NCBI GenBank assembly: GCA_019244185.1 | Contig: JAFATB010000023.1 | Coordinates: 128,001 to 192,000, forward strand | Reading direction: 5' to 3' | Length of the DNA: 64,000 nt | Source: Acidobacteriota bacterium | Lineage (GTDB): Bacteria; Acidobacteriota; Thermoanaerobaculia; Gp7-AA8 | Part shown: piece by piece, positions 46,306-56,870 of the stretch | Position numbering within the stretch: position 1 is the stretch's first letter | Layout: each line of letters starts with the position of its first letter | The notes under the pieces: model-generated | Database searches by the model: none | What the model was told of the DNA's origin: nothing | The model's input: the letters and a program-made list of their open reading frames with translations, nothing else | Position numbers and translations under genes: made by a program

Positions 46306-47556
46306 ATGCGCAAGCTGATCCTCGCACTCGCCACCGTTGCCGTCGCTGCAACCGCGGTCGTAGCGGTCGCCGCGTCCGCGCGGCAGCCGCCGGAGCCCGC
46401 GCGGCGCGATCCGCGCTTCGAAGTCAAAGTCACCGACGAGATCCGCCGTCACAGCCGCATCGAGGAAACGCTTTACTTCGCCGGCACCGCCTACTCCCTC
46501 GGCGTGCTCGTGCTGCTCCTCGCGAGCGGCGCGGCGCCGCGGATGCGCGATCTCTCGTTGCGGCTGACGAAGAAGCCGTTCGTCGTGGCGATGCTGACGG
46601 TGGTGCTGTTCGTGCTCGCGACGACGCTACTCGAACTGCCGCTCACGTACTACGCGGACTTTGTCGTGCCGCATCAGTTCGACCTGTCGGATCAGTCGCT
46701 CGGCTCCTGGCTTCTCGACGGCGCGAAAGGGCTCGCGGTGAGTCTCGTGCTAAGCGCCATCGTCGGCGCGCTCGCGCTCGAGGCGATCCGACGTTACCGC
46801 CGCTGGTGGCTCGTGCTGTGGCTCGGCAGCATTCCGCTGATCCTGCTCATGGTGGTCGTGCAGCCGATCGTGCTCGATCCGATCTTCAACAAGTTCGAGC
46901 CGCTGCAGAACCAGCAACTGAAGACGAAGCTGCTCGACCTCGCCTCGCGCGCGGGCATCGAAGGCGGCCGCGTCTACCAGGTCAACAAGTCGAAGCAGAC
47001 GAAGACGATGAACGCGTACGTCAACGGCATCGGCCCGACGAAGCGCATCGTGCTGTGGGACACGCTGCTCGCGAAGATGACCGACGACGAGATCCTCGCG
47101 GTGATGGGCCACGAGATGGGCCACTACGTGCTCAATCACATGTGGAAGGGCCTCGGCTTCGGCCTCGCCATTTCATTCGTCGTGTTCTTCGCCGGGCAGA
47201 AAATCTACGACCGCGGCATCGAGACGCGCGGCGCGCGCTGGGGCCTCACCGGCCGCGGCGATCCCGCATCGCTGCCGTGGCTCCTCCTCATCGCCGGCGT
47301 GATCGGCTTCTTCCTCTCGCCCGTGACGAACGGCTTTTCGCGCCACATCGAGCACGAGGCGGACGTCTTCTCGCTCGACCTCACGCACCTCAACGAGCCG
47401 ATGGCCCGTGCGTTCGTCAAGTTTGCCGAGGACTCGAAGCGCGACCCGGATCCCAACCGCTTCCTCGAGTGCTGGCGCTACTCGCATCCGGCGCTCGGAC
47501 GGCGCATCGACTTCGCGCTGGCGTACAAGCCATGGGAGGAACGGAAGACGCGTTGA
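46306..47556 (+). CDS. M48 (Ste24-like) membrane metallopeptidase
   Basis: NAYVNG, VMGHEMGH, EHEAD, SHP. Confidence 0.92.
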   Translation: MRKLILALATVAVAATAVVAVAASARQPPEPARRDPRFEVKVTDEIRRHSRIEETLYFAGTAYSLGVLVLLLASGAAPRMRDLSLRLTKKPFVVAMLTVVLFVLATTLLELPLTYYADFVVPHQFDLSDQSLGSWLLDGAKGLAVSLVLSAIVGALALEAIRRYRRWWLVLWLGSIPLILLMVVVQPIVLDPIFNKFEPLQNQQLKTKLLDLASRAGIEGGRVYQVNKSKQTKTMNAYVNGIGPTKRIVLWDTLLAKMTDDEILAVMGHEMGHYVLNHMWKGLGFGLAISFVVFFAGQKIYDRGIETRGARWGLTGRGDPASLPWLLLIAGVIGFFLSPVTNGFSRHIEHEADVFSLDLTHLNEPMARAFVKFAEDSKRDPDPNRFLECWRYSHPALGRRIDFALAYKPWEERKTR

Positions 47557-47565
47557 AGTGAGCGC

Positions 47566-47976
47566 CTACGCCGCGAGCGCCTTGCGGAGCGTGCGCAGGC
47601 CGATCGACACCTCGACGCCGAAGGCCACGAGCAGAATTGCCAGCGCGGCGAGGATGATGTCGTAGCGCGGCGTACGCGAGTCGCTCACGTAAAACGCGCA
47701 GCCGCAGATTCCGACGACGATGAGCAGAAGGTACCGAATGCGCGCCTCCACGTGCACGAGCGCGCCGCCGTTCGGACCCGTCTCGATACGGCCGTGAAGG
47801 ATCGGGTTCACGGAGTGGGAGCTCGGGGCGCGCTTCAGGCGGAAGGTGTTCTCGCCGACTTCACCCTGAAACGCGGCGCGCTTCGCGGATGGCATCCGCG
47901 GCCGGATCAGCGCCCGCACGCGCGCCATCGCCTCTTCCGGCGGCAGCGGCGTCTCGATCGTCGTGCGCCAGTACAC
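47566..47976 (-). CDS. Hypothetical membrane protein
   Basis: Two C-terminal TM helices; operon position. Confidence 0.6.
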   Translation of the reverse strand: MYWRTTIETPLPPEEAMARVRALIRPRMPSAKRAAFQGEVGENTFRLKRAPSSHSVNPILHGRIETGPNGGALVHVEARIRYLLLIVVGICGCAFYVSDSRTPRYDIILAALAILLVAFGVEVSIGLRTLRKALAA

Positions 47977-47979
47977 GCG

Positions 47980-48414
47980 TCAGACTCGCCGCGAGACGTC
48001 GCGCAGGCGCTCGACGAGGAGCTCGCAGAGCGCGACCGCGAACTTGGCGAGGAGTTGCGGGTCGAACGCGAGCGCCTCCGACAGCGTCCGCTTGTCCCAC
48101 GCGCGCACGACGGCGTCTTCGCCGGCGACGACAGAGACTGTCCGCGGCGAGTCGTCGAGGAAGGAGACTTCGCCGAGGACGTCGCCGGGACCGACGGTGG
48201 CAACGGTGACGGAGTGGTTGTCGCGTTGGGCGACGATGTCGAGGTGTCCGTCATCCACCGCGAACAAGGTCGAGTCGTTGTCGCCGGCGCGGATGAGGAA
48301 CTCGCCTTCGCTGACGCGGCGCAGTTCGGCGATGTGCTCGATGCGCGCGCGCTCGTCGTCGGTGCAGTAGCGGAACAGCGGATGATCGGATTCGGCGGGG
48401 AAGATCTTGTTCAT
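47980..48414 (-). CDS. Stand-alone cyclic nucleotide-binding domain protein
   Basis: GDVLGEVSFLDDSPRTVSV phosphate-binding cassette. Confidence 0.85.
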   Translation of the reverse strand: MNKIFPAESDHPLFRYCTDDERARIEHIAELRRVSEGEFLIRAGDNDSTLFAVDDGHLDIVAQRDNHSVTVATVGPGDVLGEVSFLDDSPRTVSVVAGEDAVVRAWDKRTLSEALAFDPQLLAKFAVALCELLVERLRDVSRRV

Positions 48415-48977
48415 TGCCAGAGCACGTCCCACTCGCAGGCGTCGGCGCCTTTGGCCGCGCACTGCGTCTGCCGCACGACGACGTTCTTGACGCCGGTCAG
48501 CTCCGCCATCCGTTCGATCCAGCCGGTGACGCGCGAGCAGCCGGCGAGCTCGCTCGGGAAATTCACGAGCCGGATGTGCGCGCTGGTCGCGGTCTGCTTC
48601 TCGACGCGCAACTCGCCGCGGTTGTAGAGCGAGCTCCACATCTGCGACGCCTTGCCGAGCAACGCCGTCGGCGTCATCACCAGCGCGAAGAAGCGGTAGA
48701 TCCCTTTTACCGCGTCGCCCGCGGCCTCGCGTCCGGCGCGGCGCGCGAACGTCTCGACCGTTTCGCCTTTCGCGTTCGCGGCTTCTTCGGTGAAGACGTT
48801 GAGCACGTGCACGGGGACGGTTTCCGTCGCGAGCATCGGGCTGCGAAAGCGCTTGCCAAACTCGGCGGGCAGCGCGCGGAAGACGGTTTCGCGCTGTTCC
48901 GGCGTGAGCTCCGCATCGATGAACTTCTGCAGGCTGCGCACGGGCGAGCCTTTGACCGTGACGCTCTCGTCGATCAT
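48411..48977 (-). CDS. Hypothetical protein, V4R/DUF2378-like
   Basis: VKG N-terminus; C...GW.E...CAAKGADACEWDVLW C-terminus. Confidence 0.65.
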   Translation of the reverse strand: MIDESVTVKGSPVRSLQKFIDAELTPEQRETVFRALPAEFGKRFRSPMLATETVPVHVLNVFTEEAANAKGETVETFARRAGREAAGDAVKGIYRFFALVMTPTALLGKASQMWSSLYNRGELRVEKQTATSAHIRLVNFPSELAGCSRVTGWIERMAELTGVKNVVVRQTQCAAKGADACEWDVLWQ

Positions 48978-49073
48978 CACAGAACCCTCATCTTGTGCTC
49001 GGAAAGTTGCTGACCGGCGACGAGTATAATCCGCTTTCTTCGTTGCCCCGCCGCCCCAGCTTTTGGAGGATTC

Positions 49074-51191
49074 ATGACCGACTCCACGCCTGGCAGCACC
49101 GCCGCCGAAGGTGCCGCCGCGATCGCCGACGCAGAAAGCAGCAACCGTCCGTCGCTGTCCGGCAAGCGCGAGCTCGAAGAGCTCTGCGTCAACACGATCC
49201 GCTTCCTCGCCGTCGACGCGGTGCAGAAGGCGAACTCGGGACATCCCGGCACGCCGATGGGCATGGCGGACATGGCCTTCGTGCTGTGGACCGAGTTCCT
49301 GCGGCACGATCCGCTCGAGCCGCACTGGCAGAACCGCGACCGCTTCATCCTCTCCGCGGGCCACGCGTCGATGCTGCTCTACTCGCTCCTCCATCTCACC
49401 GGCTATCCGGACATGACGATGGACGAACTGCAGCACTTCCGGCAGTGGGGCTCGAAGACGGCGGGGCATCCCGAATACCGCCACGCCACCGGCATCGAAG
49501 TCACGACCGGCCCGCTCGGCCAGGGCTTCGCGCACGGCGTCGGAATGGCGCTCGCGTCGAAGATGCTGCGCGTGCGCTTTACGACCGAGGATCCGTTCAC
49601 GCCGGTCGACAACCACATCTACGCGATCTGCTCCGACGGCGATCTGATGGAAGGCATCAGCTCCGAAGCCGGCTCCATCGCTGGCCACCTCGGCCTCGGC
49701 AATCTCATCTACTTCTGGGACGACAACCACATCTCGATCGAAGGCGACACGCGCCTCGCGTTTTCGGAGGACGTTCGCAAGCGCTTCGAGGCTTTCGGGT
49801 GGCACGTGCAGTCGATCGACGGTCACGATCGCGCCGCGGTGCGCAAGGCCATCCGCAAGGCGCAGCGCGAGACGGCGAAGCCGTCGCTCATCTGCGCGCG
49901 TACGGTGATCGGCTGGGGCAGCCCGAAGTATCACGGCACCGCGCGCGCGCACGGCGAGCCGCTCGGCGCGGACGAAGTGAAGGCGACGAAAGCGGCGCTC
50001 GGCTGGCCCGAGGAGCCGGCGTTCTACGTGCCGCCGGAAGTGCGCGAGGAGTTCGCGAAGCGGACGAAGAAGCTCGCGCGCGAACGGAAGAAGTGGGACC
50101 GCGAGATGACGGGCTGGCGCGCGCGCAACCCGCAGCTCGGCGAAGAGTGGGATCGCTACTGGTCGCAGTGGCTGCCCGACGGCTTCGACACGGTGCTGCT
50201 CGAAGGCGCGAAGACCGACAAGCCGATCGCGACGCGCGCGCTGTCGGGACAGGTGATCCAGAAGCTCGCGGAGATCGCGCCGTTCGTCGTCGGAGGTTCC
50301 GCGGATCTCGCGCCGTCGACGAATACGCTGATCAAAGACTCCGGCGACATCGCCCGGCCCAAAGAAGAAGAGAAGCGGCCGCCCGCGGACGTGCTGTTCC
50401 TCAATCGCAATCTGCACTTCGGCATCCGCGAGCACGCCATGGGCGCGATCGTCAACGGCATGACGCTGTACGGCTCGTGGCGCTGCTACGGCGCGACGTT
50501 CCTCATCTTCTCGGACTACATGCGTCCGTCGGTGCGTCTCTCGGCGCTGATGGGCATCCCGTCGATCTTCCTCTATACGCACGACTCGGTCTTCCTCGGC
50601 GAAGACGGTCCGACGCACCAGCCGATCGAGCAGCTCTGGTCGTTGCGGCTCATCCCGAACCTCTTCCTCTTCCGTCCCGCGGACGGCGCGGAAACGGCGA
50701 TGGCGTGGGTGCGCGCGGTGCGCAGCACGGACAGCCCGACCGCGATCGTGCTCACGCGGCAGAAGCTCGATCTCCTTCCGCGTCCGCTCGACTTCGATCC
50801 GCAGCGCATCCTGCGCGGCGCGTACGTGCTCGACGGCTACGAGAACGGCGACCTCACGATCATCGCGACGGGATCCGAAGTGCCGCTCGCGGTGAAGACG
50901 GCGGACCTCCTGCGCGGCGAGGGCGTCAACGCGCGCGTGGTCTCCGCGCCATGTCTCGATCTCTTCGACCAGCAGCCGGCGTCGTATCAGGACGAGGTGA
51001 TGGGCGACCGCGCGCGCGTCGTGGCCATCGAGGCGGGTCGCAGCGACGGCTGGTACAAGTACGTCGATCGCGACGCGCTGGTCATCGGCATCGACCACTT
51101 CGGCGCGAGCGCGCCGTACGAGCAGATCGCCGAGCATTTCGGCTTCACGCCCGAGCAGGTCGCGGCGCGCATTCGGGACTGGCGGAAATAA
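49074..51191 (+). CDS. tkt: Transketolase
   Basis: ANSGHPG, RDRFILSAGH, TTGPLGQG, GEDGPTHQP. Confidence 0.96.
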   Translation: MTDSTPGSTAAEGAAAIADAESSNRPSLSGKRELEELCVNTIRFLAVDAVQKANSGHPGTPMGMADMAFVLWTEFLRHDPLEPHWQNRDRFILSAGHASMLLYSLLHLTGYPDMTMDELQHFRQWGSKTAGHPEYRHATGIEVTTGPLGQGFAHGVGMALASKMLRVRFTTEDPFTPVDNHIYAICSDGDLMEGISSEAGSIAGHLGLGNLIYFWDDNHISIEGDTRLAFSEDVRKRFEAFGWHVQSIDGHDRAAVRKAIRKAQRETAKPSLICARTVIGWGSPKYHGTARAHGEPLGADEVKATKAALGWPEEPAFYVPPEVREEFAKRTKKLARERKKWDREMTGWRARNPQLGEEWDRYWSQWLPDGFDTVLLEGAKTDKPIATRALSGQVIQKLAEIAPFVVGGSADLAPSTNTLIKDSGDIARPKEEEKRPPADVLFLNRNLHFGIREHAMGAIVNGMTLYGSWRCYGATFLIFSDYMRPSVRLSALMGIPSIFLYTHDSVFLGEDGPTHQPIEQLWSLRLIPNLFLFRPADGAETAMAWVRAVRSTDSPTAIVLTRQKLDLLPRPLDFDPQRILRGAYVLDGYENGDLTIIATGSEVPLAVKTADLLRGEGVNARVVSAPCLDLFDQQPASYQDEVMGDRARVVAIEAGRSDGWYKYVDRDALVIGIDHFGASAPYEQIAEHFGFTPEQVAARIRDWRK

Positions 51192-51277
51192 ATCAATTGC
51201 ACCGGGGGCGTGACGCGGCTCACAAACGCCGCGTCACGCCGTTCGTAGAATCCGCGCGCGAGTCCGGGAGTGCGTGT

Positions 51278-51526
51278 ATGAACGAACGACTGAACGGTGA
51301 ACGGGTGTCCCTGGTCAACTACGACCTCCTGCGCGAGCTGTGCGACCAGTGCCGCAGCGAGCGCTTCCACTTCGTGCCGATCGGCGCGGCGCCGGCCACC
51401 GGCGCGTGCCGCCAGTGCGGCGCGGAGTCGAAGCTGGCCGACGTGAGCGACACCGGCATCTGGCGGCTCATGACGCAGCCCGACGGCGAAGTGGTCATCG
51501 TTCCGCTGATCGCCAAAACTGCGTAG
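51278..51526 (+). CDS. Small zinc-ribbon protein
   Basis: GGGAG SD; CDQC...CRQC; TAGAAT upstream. Confidence 0.65.
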   Translation: MNERLNGERVSLVNYDLLRELCDQCRSERFHFVPIGAAPATGACRQCGAESKLADVSDTGIWRLMTQPDGEVVIVPLIAKTA

Positions 51527-51571
51527 GCTTTTACGCGCTCGGAGAGCGGCCCCTCATCACCTGACGGGGTG

Positions 51572-51610
51572 CGGAAAGGACAGGCGCCGCGGCCTGTCCT
51601 TTCGCGTTTT
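51572..51610. terminator. Hairpin terminator between convergent genes
   Basis: GCGGAAAGGACAGGC...GCCTGTCCTTTTCGC followed by a T-run. Confidence 0.6.
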
Positions 51611-54600
51611 TACGCGTCCATTTCGGCGAAGTTGACGGACACGAGCCGCGAGCAGCCCGCCTCTTCCATCGTCACGCCGTAGAGCACGTCCGCCGCTTCC
51701 ATCGTCCGCCGCGAGTGCGTGATGACGATGAACTGCGTGTCGCGCGACATGTCGCGCACGAGGCGCACGAAGCGCTCCGTGTTCACCTCGTCGAGCGGCG
51801 CGTCGACCTCGTCGAGGATGCAGAACGGCGACGGCTTGTAGCGGAAGATCGCGAACAGCAGCGCGATCGCGGTCAGCGCGCGCTCGCCGCCGGAGAGCAG
51901 CGCGATGGACTGGTTCTTCTTGCCCGGCGGCTGCGCCACGAGCTCGATGCCGCTCTCGAGCACGTCTTCCTCGTCGAGCAGCTGCATGCGCGCGGTGCCG
52001 CCGCCGAAGAGCGACGTGAAGATGTGCGTGAAGGACTCGTTGACCTGCGTGAACGCTTCGCGGAAGAGATCGCGCGAGGTGAGGTTGATCTTGCGGATGG
52101 TCTGGCGCAGCGACTCGATCGACTGCACGAGATCGTCGCGCTGCGTGCGCAGGAACGACTCGCGCGTTTCGAGCTCGGTGTGCTCGTCGATGGCGAGCAC
52201 GTTCACAGGGCCGATCTTCTCGATCTGATCGCTCAGCTTCGCGACGTCGCTCTCGAGCGTCGCGCGCGACTCCTCGTCCGTGGGCGGCTCGACGTCGGCG
52301 AGCGCGTCGATGCCGGCGTGGAGATCGAACGAGATCTGCTCGCGCAGGATGTCGAACGCCGACTTCGCGCGGTCGACGCGGCGTTCCGCCTCGAAGAGCG
52401 CGTCCTTCGCCGCCGTCCACTGCTCGCGCGAGCTGTGCGCGCGCGACTGCAGTTCCGCGACGCGCGCGTCGAGCTCCGCGACTTCGGCCTCGACGCTGGT
52501 GCGCAGCTCGCCGAGCTCTTGCAGCTTGGTCGCCGACTGCGCGAGCTGGCCGCGCGACGCTTCGAGCGCGACGCCGGTGTCGCCCTGACGGCGCACGAGC
52601 GTTTCGATCTCCTGCTGCAGCTGCGTCGCGCGCGATCCGAGCGACACGACGATGCGCGAGAGGTTCTCATGCTCGCGCTGGATGGAGTTCACGTTGCCGC
52701 TCGCGGTCTCGACGTCGACGCGCGCTTTCGACGCCGCCTCCGTCACTTCCTCGAACGCCGTGCGCGACGCGGCGAGCCGTTCTTCCGCGACGCGGATCTG
52801 CTCGTGCAGTTCCGCCTCGCGCGCCTGCAGCTGATCGACGTCCGCGATCGCGGCGTTCTTGCGGCCGAGGAGCTGTTCCTTTTCGTCGGCGTAAAGAGTC
52901 TGTTCCTCGGAGGCGACGGCGAGGTCTTTCTCGAAGCGTTGCAGCTCGGTCCCGGCGCGCTCGCGCTGGCTGCGTTTCTCGCGCAATTCCTGATCGGCCG
53001 TGCGCGCGCGCTCGTCGGCGATGATGCGCGCGTCGTCCGCGGCACGCAGCTCTTCTTCCAGCGTCTGCAGCTCCGCGGCGAAGCCGCTCGCGCGCGACTC
53101 TTCGCTGCCCGCGAGCGCTTCGAGATCGGCGATCTCGCGCTTGATCGAGAAGACGCCCGGCGTCGCGCCTTCGGTCTTGCCGCCGATGACGAGCGGTCCG
53201 CGCACGATGTCGCCTTCGAGGGTGACGAACGTGGCGCTCGGGCGTTCCTTCGCGCGCTCGATCGCCTCGGAGAGCGCCCCGACGATGTACGCCTCGGGGA
53301 TCGCATGGCGCACGGCATCGGCGACGCGTCCTTCGCCGACGACCGAATGCGCCGCGTCGCCGCGACGCGAGCCTTCGCCGGCCGGCTGATAGTCGAGGAG
53401 GATGAACGCGCCTCGGCCCGCGCCGCGTTCGCGCAGACGGCGAATCGCTTCGGAGGCGGTGGCCGTGTCGTCGACGACGATCGCCTTCGACACTTCGCGG
53501 AGGAGCGTGTCCAGCGCGGCTTCGAAGCCTTCCGCCGCGCGCACCGATTCCGCGGCGGCGACGGCGTTCGGGATCAGCTCGAGGATCGCGCGCCGCACGT
53601 CTTCGTCCTGCGCTTCGAGCGAGACCAGCAGCGTGCGCAGCGAGTCGATCTTGTACGTCGTCTGCGACACGCGGTCGCGCGCGCCGGCGAGCGACTCGCG
53701 GAGCGCATCGCGGCGCGCGAGCAGCTCGTCGCGCCGCGCGACGGCATCGCGCGCGTTCTGCTGCGCGGTGGCGAGCGCCTGTTCGGCGTCGCGCACCGAC
53801 TGCTCCCATTCGTACATCTGCGCGCGCGCGCCGTCGCGGCTCTCGGCCGCCTTGCGCGCGCTCTCGGTGAGCTTGGTGAGATAGAACTCGCACTTTTCGA
53901 CCGCGATCTCGATCTGGTGCACCTGATTGCGCGCTTCCGAGATGCGGGCGATGGTGCGCATGAGCGACTCGCGCGAGTCGGCGAGCGATTTCTCGTGCTG
54001 CCGCACCGCGTCGCCGCGCTCCTGACGGTCGCGCTCGGCCTGATCGGCGATCTCGCGGAGGCGGTTGCGCTCCGCGCGCGCGGCTTCAAGCTGCTGCGTC
54101 TTCTCGTCGAGCGCGGCCTGCTGCTCCGCGCCCTCGGCTTCGAGCGTCGCGATCTGCGCGCGCGCGTTGTCGACGCGCTGCACGAGATCGCCGAGGTTCG
54201 TCTCGGATTGCTGGAGGAACGAGCGGAGGCGCTCGACTTCGCCGGTGAGGCCCGCGAGCTCCTCGCGCACGTGCGACGCGCGCGAGGCGCGCGTGGCGTG
54301 CAAGCCGCGCGTTTCGTTCAGCTCCGACTCCGCGCCGCCGAGCGTCGCCGAAAGCTCGCTCTCGCGCTGCTGCGCTTCCGCGAGCGCGGCGGAGGCCTGC
54401 TCTTCTTCGAGCTGCGCCGCAACGATGCGTCCTTTGTACAGCGAGCGTTTCGCCGTCGAGAGCTGGTCCGCGAGCTCTTTGTGCCGGCGCGCCTTCGAGG
54501 CCTGGCGCTTGAGCGAGTTGAGATTCCGCGTCACCTCGGAGAGCGTGTCGTCGATGCGCAGGAGGTTCTGCTGCGTCTCTTCGAGCTTCAGCTCCGCGGC

Positions 54601-55137
54601 GCGGCGCTTGGTCTTGTACTTCGTGATGCCGGCCGCTTCTTCGATCAGGCGGCGGCGATCCTGCGGCTTGTTGGAGAGGATCAGATCGATCTTGCCCTGC
54701 TCCATCACGCTGTAGTTGCGGATGCCGAGGCCGGTGTCCATGAGGATGTCGGAGATGTCCTTCATCCGCACGCGCTTGCCGTTGAGGCGGAACTCCGACT
54801 GCCCGTCGCGGAAGACGCGGCGGTTGATGGTGATCTTGCCGTCGTCCGCCATCGGATGGTTGCCGTCGCCGTTGCTCGTGCCGAGCGTGAGCGTGACTTC
54901 TCCCATCGACAGCGCGCGCTTGCGGGCCGAGCCCTGGAAGATGACGTCTTCCATCGTCTCGCCGCGGATGTGGGAGGCGCGGTTCTCGCCGAGGACCCAG
55001 ATCAGGGCGTCGCAGATGTTCGATTTCCCGCAGCCGTTCGGGCCGACGACGGCCGTCATGGCCGCGGGGAAGGTGAGGTGGGCGGGGTCGTAAAACGACT
55101 TGAAGCCGTGGATGTCGAGCTTTTCGAGACGAAACAT
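51610..55137 (-). CDS. smc: Chromosome segregation protein SMC
   Basis: GFKSF, GPNGCGKSN, coiled coils, hinge, LSGGE, ILDEVDAPLD. Confidence 0.97.
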   Translation of the reverse strand: MFRLEKLDIHGFKSFYDPAHLTFPAAMTAVVGPNGCGKSNICDALIWVLGENRASHIRGETMEDVIFQGSARKRALSMGEVTLTLGTSNGDGNHPMADDGKITINRRVFRDGQSEFRLNGKRVRMKDISDILMDTGLGIRNYSVMEQGKIDLILSNKPQDRRRLIEEAAGITKYKTKRRAAELKLEETQQNLLRIDDTLSEVTRNLNSLKRQASKARRHKELADQLSTAKRSLYKGRIVAAQLEEEQASAALAEAQQRESELSATLGGAESELNETRGLHATRASRASHVREELAGLTGEVERLRSFLQQSETNLGDLVQRVDNARAQIATLEAEGAEQQAALDEKTQQLEAARAERNRLREIADQAERDRQERGDAVRQHEKSLADSRESLMRTIARISEARNQVHQIEIAVEKCEFYLTKLTESARKAAESRDGARAQMYEWEQSVRDAEQALATAQQNARDAVARRDELLARRDALRESLAGARDRVSQTTYKIDSLRTLLVSLEAQDEDVRRAILELIPNAVAAAESVRAAEGFEAALDTLLREVSKAIVVDDTATASEAIRRLRERGAGRGAFILLDYQPAGEGSRRGDAAHSVVGEGRVADAVRHAIPEAYIVGALSEAIERAKERPSATFVTLEGDIVRGPLVIGGKTEGATPGVFSIKREIADLEALAGSEESRASGFAAELQTLEEELRAADDARIIADERARTADQELREKRSQRERAGTELQRFEKDLAVASEEQTLYADEKEQLLGRKNAAIADVDQLQAREAELHEQIRVAEERLAASRTAFEEVTEAASKARVDVETASGNVNSIQREHENLSRIVVSLGSRATQLQQEIETLVRRQGDTGVALEASRGQLAQSATKLQELGELRTSVEAEVAELDARVAELQSRAHSSREQWTAAKDALFEAERRVDRAKSAFDILREQISFDLHAGIDALADVEPPTDEESRATLESDVAKLSDQIEKIGPVNVLAIDEHTELETRESFLRTQRDDLVQSIESLRQTIRKINLTSRDLFREAFTQVNESFTHIFTSLFGGGTARMQLLDEEDVLESGIELVAQPPGKKNQSIALLSGGERALTAIALLFAIFRYKPSPFCILDEVDAPLDEVNTERFVRLVRDMSRDTQFIVITHSRRTMEAADVLYGVTMEEAGCSRLVSVNFAEMDA

Positions 55138-55317
55138 TTTGATGTGCGGGTGGTCCGACTAGCGCGCGATCCTAGCAGGGAAACCGCGGTGCCGATACAC
55201 ACGAATTTGGCTCGTGTAAACCGCTGACGCCAAAGGGAAATTCGCCGTTGACAGCGCGGACGCGCAGCGGTTCCTGTGCAGTGGGCCCGGTCGTCACTGC
55301 TCGTACAATCCCGCCTC

Positions 55318-56316
55318 GTGACGCTCGACGACTTCCTCCTCCGCGAGATCGAACTCGGCTCGTTCCCTGCGGCGGCGTATGCGATCGGGACCGTCGACGG
55401 CGGCATCGAGCGCGAGCGCGCGTTCGGCGAGGCGGTCGCGGTGCCGCTGCGGATTCCCGCGCACGTCGACACGATCTTCGACTGCGCGTCGATCACCAAG
55501 CCGCTCATCACCGGCACGCTCGTGCTGCAGGCGGTCGCGGAGCAGCGCATCGCGCTCGACGACGAATATCGCGGCTTCACGTTTCGCGAGCTGCTCACGC
55601 ATACGTCTGGATTGAAATCGTGGCTGCCGCTCTACGCGCTCGGCGATTACCTGCAGGCGATCGAGGAGCGCGGGCGCGAGCATCCGCGCGGCGCGGTGGT
55701 GACGTACTCCGATCTCAACTTCGTGCTGCTCTACTTCGCGCTGCAGGAGCTCTTCGGCGATTACATCGAAGCCGCGCGCACGCGGATCTTCGCGCCCCTC
55801 GGGCTGCACGACGCGACGTTCCATCCCGCGCCGTCGCTCCTGCCGCGCATCGCGGCGACGGAGTGGGGACAGCGTTTCGAGTACGGCATGTGCGCGACGC
55901 GCTCGATCGCGTTCACGGGATTCCGCCAGGGCCTCATGTGGGGCGAGGCGAACGACGGCAACTCGTTTCACCACGGCGGCACGTGCGGCAACGCCGGCCT
56001 CTTCACGACCGCGCGCGAGGTGTTTCGCATCGCGCAGGGTTTCGCGAGCGGCGAGCTCGTGCCGCGCGAGCTCGTCGTCGAAGCGACGCGCGCCTACAAA
56101 GAAGATCGCGGCCTCGGATGGCAGCTCGCGGGTCCCGGTTTATCGGAGCGCTCGTTCGGGCACATGGGCTTCACCGGCACGTCGGTGTGGGTCGATGAGG
56201 GACGCGTCTACGTGCTGCTGACGAATCGCGTGCATCCGTGCGCGGCGCCGATCGCGATGCATCGCATCCGCGGCACGTTTCACGAGCTCGCGCGCCAGCC
56301 CCAGCGTTCGGCCTGA
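55318..56316 (+). CDS. Serine hydrolase (beta-lactamase family, cytoplasmic)
   Basis: FDCASITK, YSDLNF, GNAGLF, FGHMGFTGT. Confidence 0.88.
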   Translation: MTLDDFLLREIELGSFPAAAYAIGTVDGGIERERAFGEAVAVPLRIPAHVDTIFDCASITKPLITGTLVLQAVAEQRIALDDEYRGFTFRELLTHTSGLKSWLPLYALGDYLQAIEERGREHPRGAVVTYSDLNFVLLYFALQELFGDYIEAARTRIFAPLGLHDATFHPAPSLLPRIAATEWGQRFEYGMCATRSIAFTGFRQGLMWGEANDGNSFHHGGTCGNAGLFTTAREVFRIAQGFASGELVPRELVVEATRAYKEDRGLGWQLAGPGLSERSFGHMGFTGTSVWVDEGRVYVLLTNRVHPCAAPIAMHRIRGTFHELARQPQRSA

Positions 56317-56870
56317 CGCCGCAGCGCGGTCGCGCGCTCGGTCTCGCCGTTCGCCTCCGCCAGCTTGGCGAAGAGAAAGAGCGTCTCGGAGAGCAGCGGA
56401 TCGGGATCGGTGTAGTCGTCGCGGAAGCGCGTCTCGAGGAGCTCGACGTTGTCGCGATAGAGGCGCAGCGCGGCGTCGCGGTCGCCGGCGCGCAGGAGGA
56501 TGTACGCGAGCGCGAGCGCCTGGAACTCCTGGATCTGCGGACACTGCGCGATCTGCAGTTCCATGAGCCGCCGCGCCTCGTTGAGGTCGCGCCCGAGGTG
56601 GGCGAGGGAGAGCGCGATGCCCTCGCGCGCGGCGGGATCGTCGGATTGCTGATACGACGCGATCGCTTCGTCGAAGCGGCCGAGGAGCTTGAGCGCTTCG
56701 GCGCGATGCAGCGCGTCGCCGGTGCGATTCGCCTCGAGCACCGCGTCTTCGTAGCGGCGCTGCTGGATGAGCTGCTGCGCGTTGGTGATCGGCTTCTGCG
56801 CGAGCATGTACGCGACGAGCCAGCCGAGTCCTGCGATGGTGAGGAGCAGGACCCAGAACCACGCGCTCAT
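56280..56870 (-). CDS. Membrane-anchored TPR protein
   Basis: N-terminal TM; LLGRFDEAIASYQ. Confidence 0.7.
   Translation of the reverse strand: MSAWFWVLLLTIAGLGWLVAYMLAQKPITNAQQLIQQRRYEDAVLEANRTGDALHRAEALKLLGRFDEAIASYQQSDDPAAREGIALSLAHLGRDLNEARRLMELQIAQCPQIQEFQALALAYILLRAGDRDAALRLYRDNVELLETRFRDDYTDPDPLLSETLFLFAKLAEANGETERATALRRQAERWGWRASS

Noticed and set aside
51715-55227. Long antisense ORFs (1170 aa opposite smc, and similar ones opposite tkt, M3 and M16 genes)
   Set aside because: Shadow ORFs expected from high GC3 codon bias; Arg/Ala-rich with no motifs.
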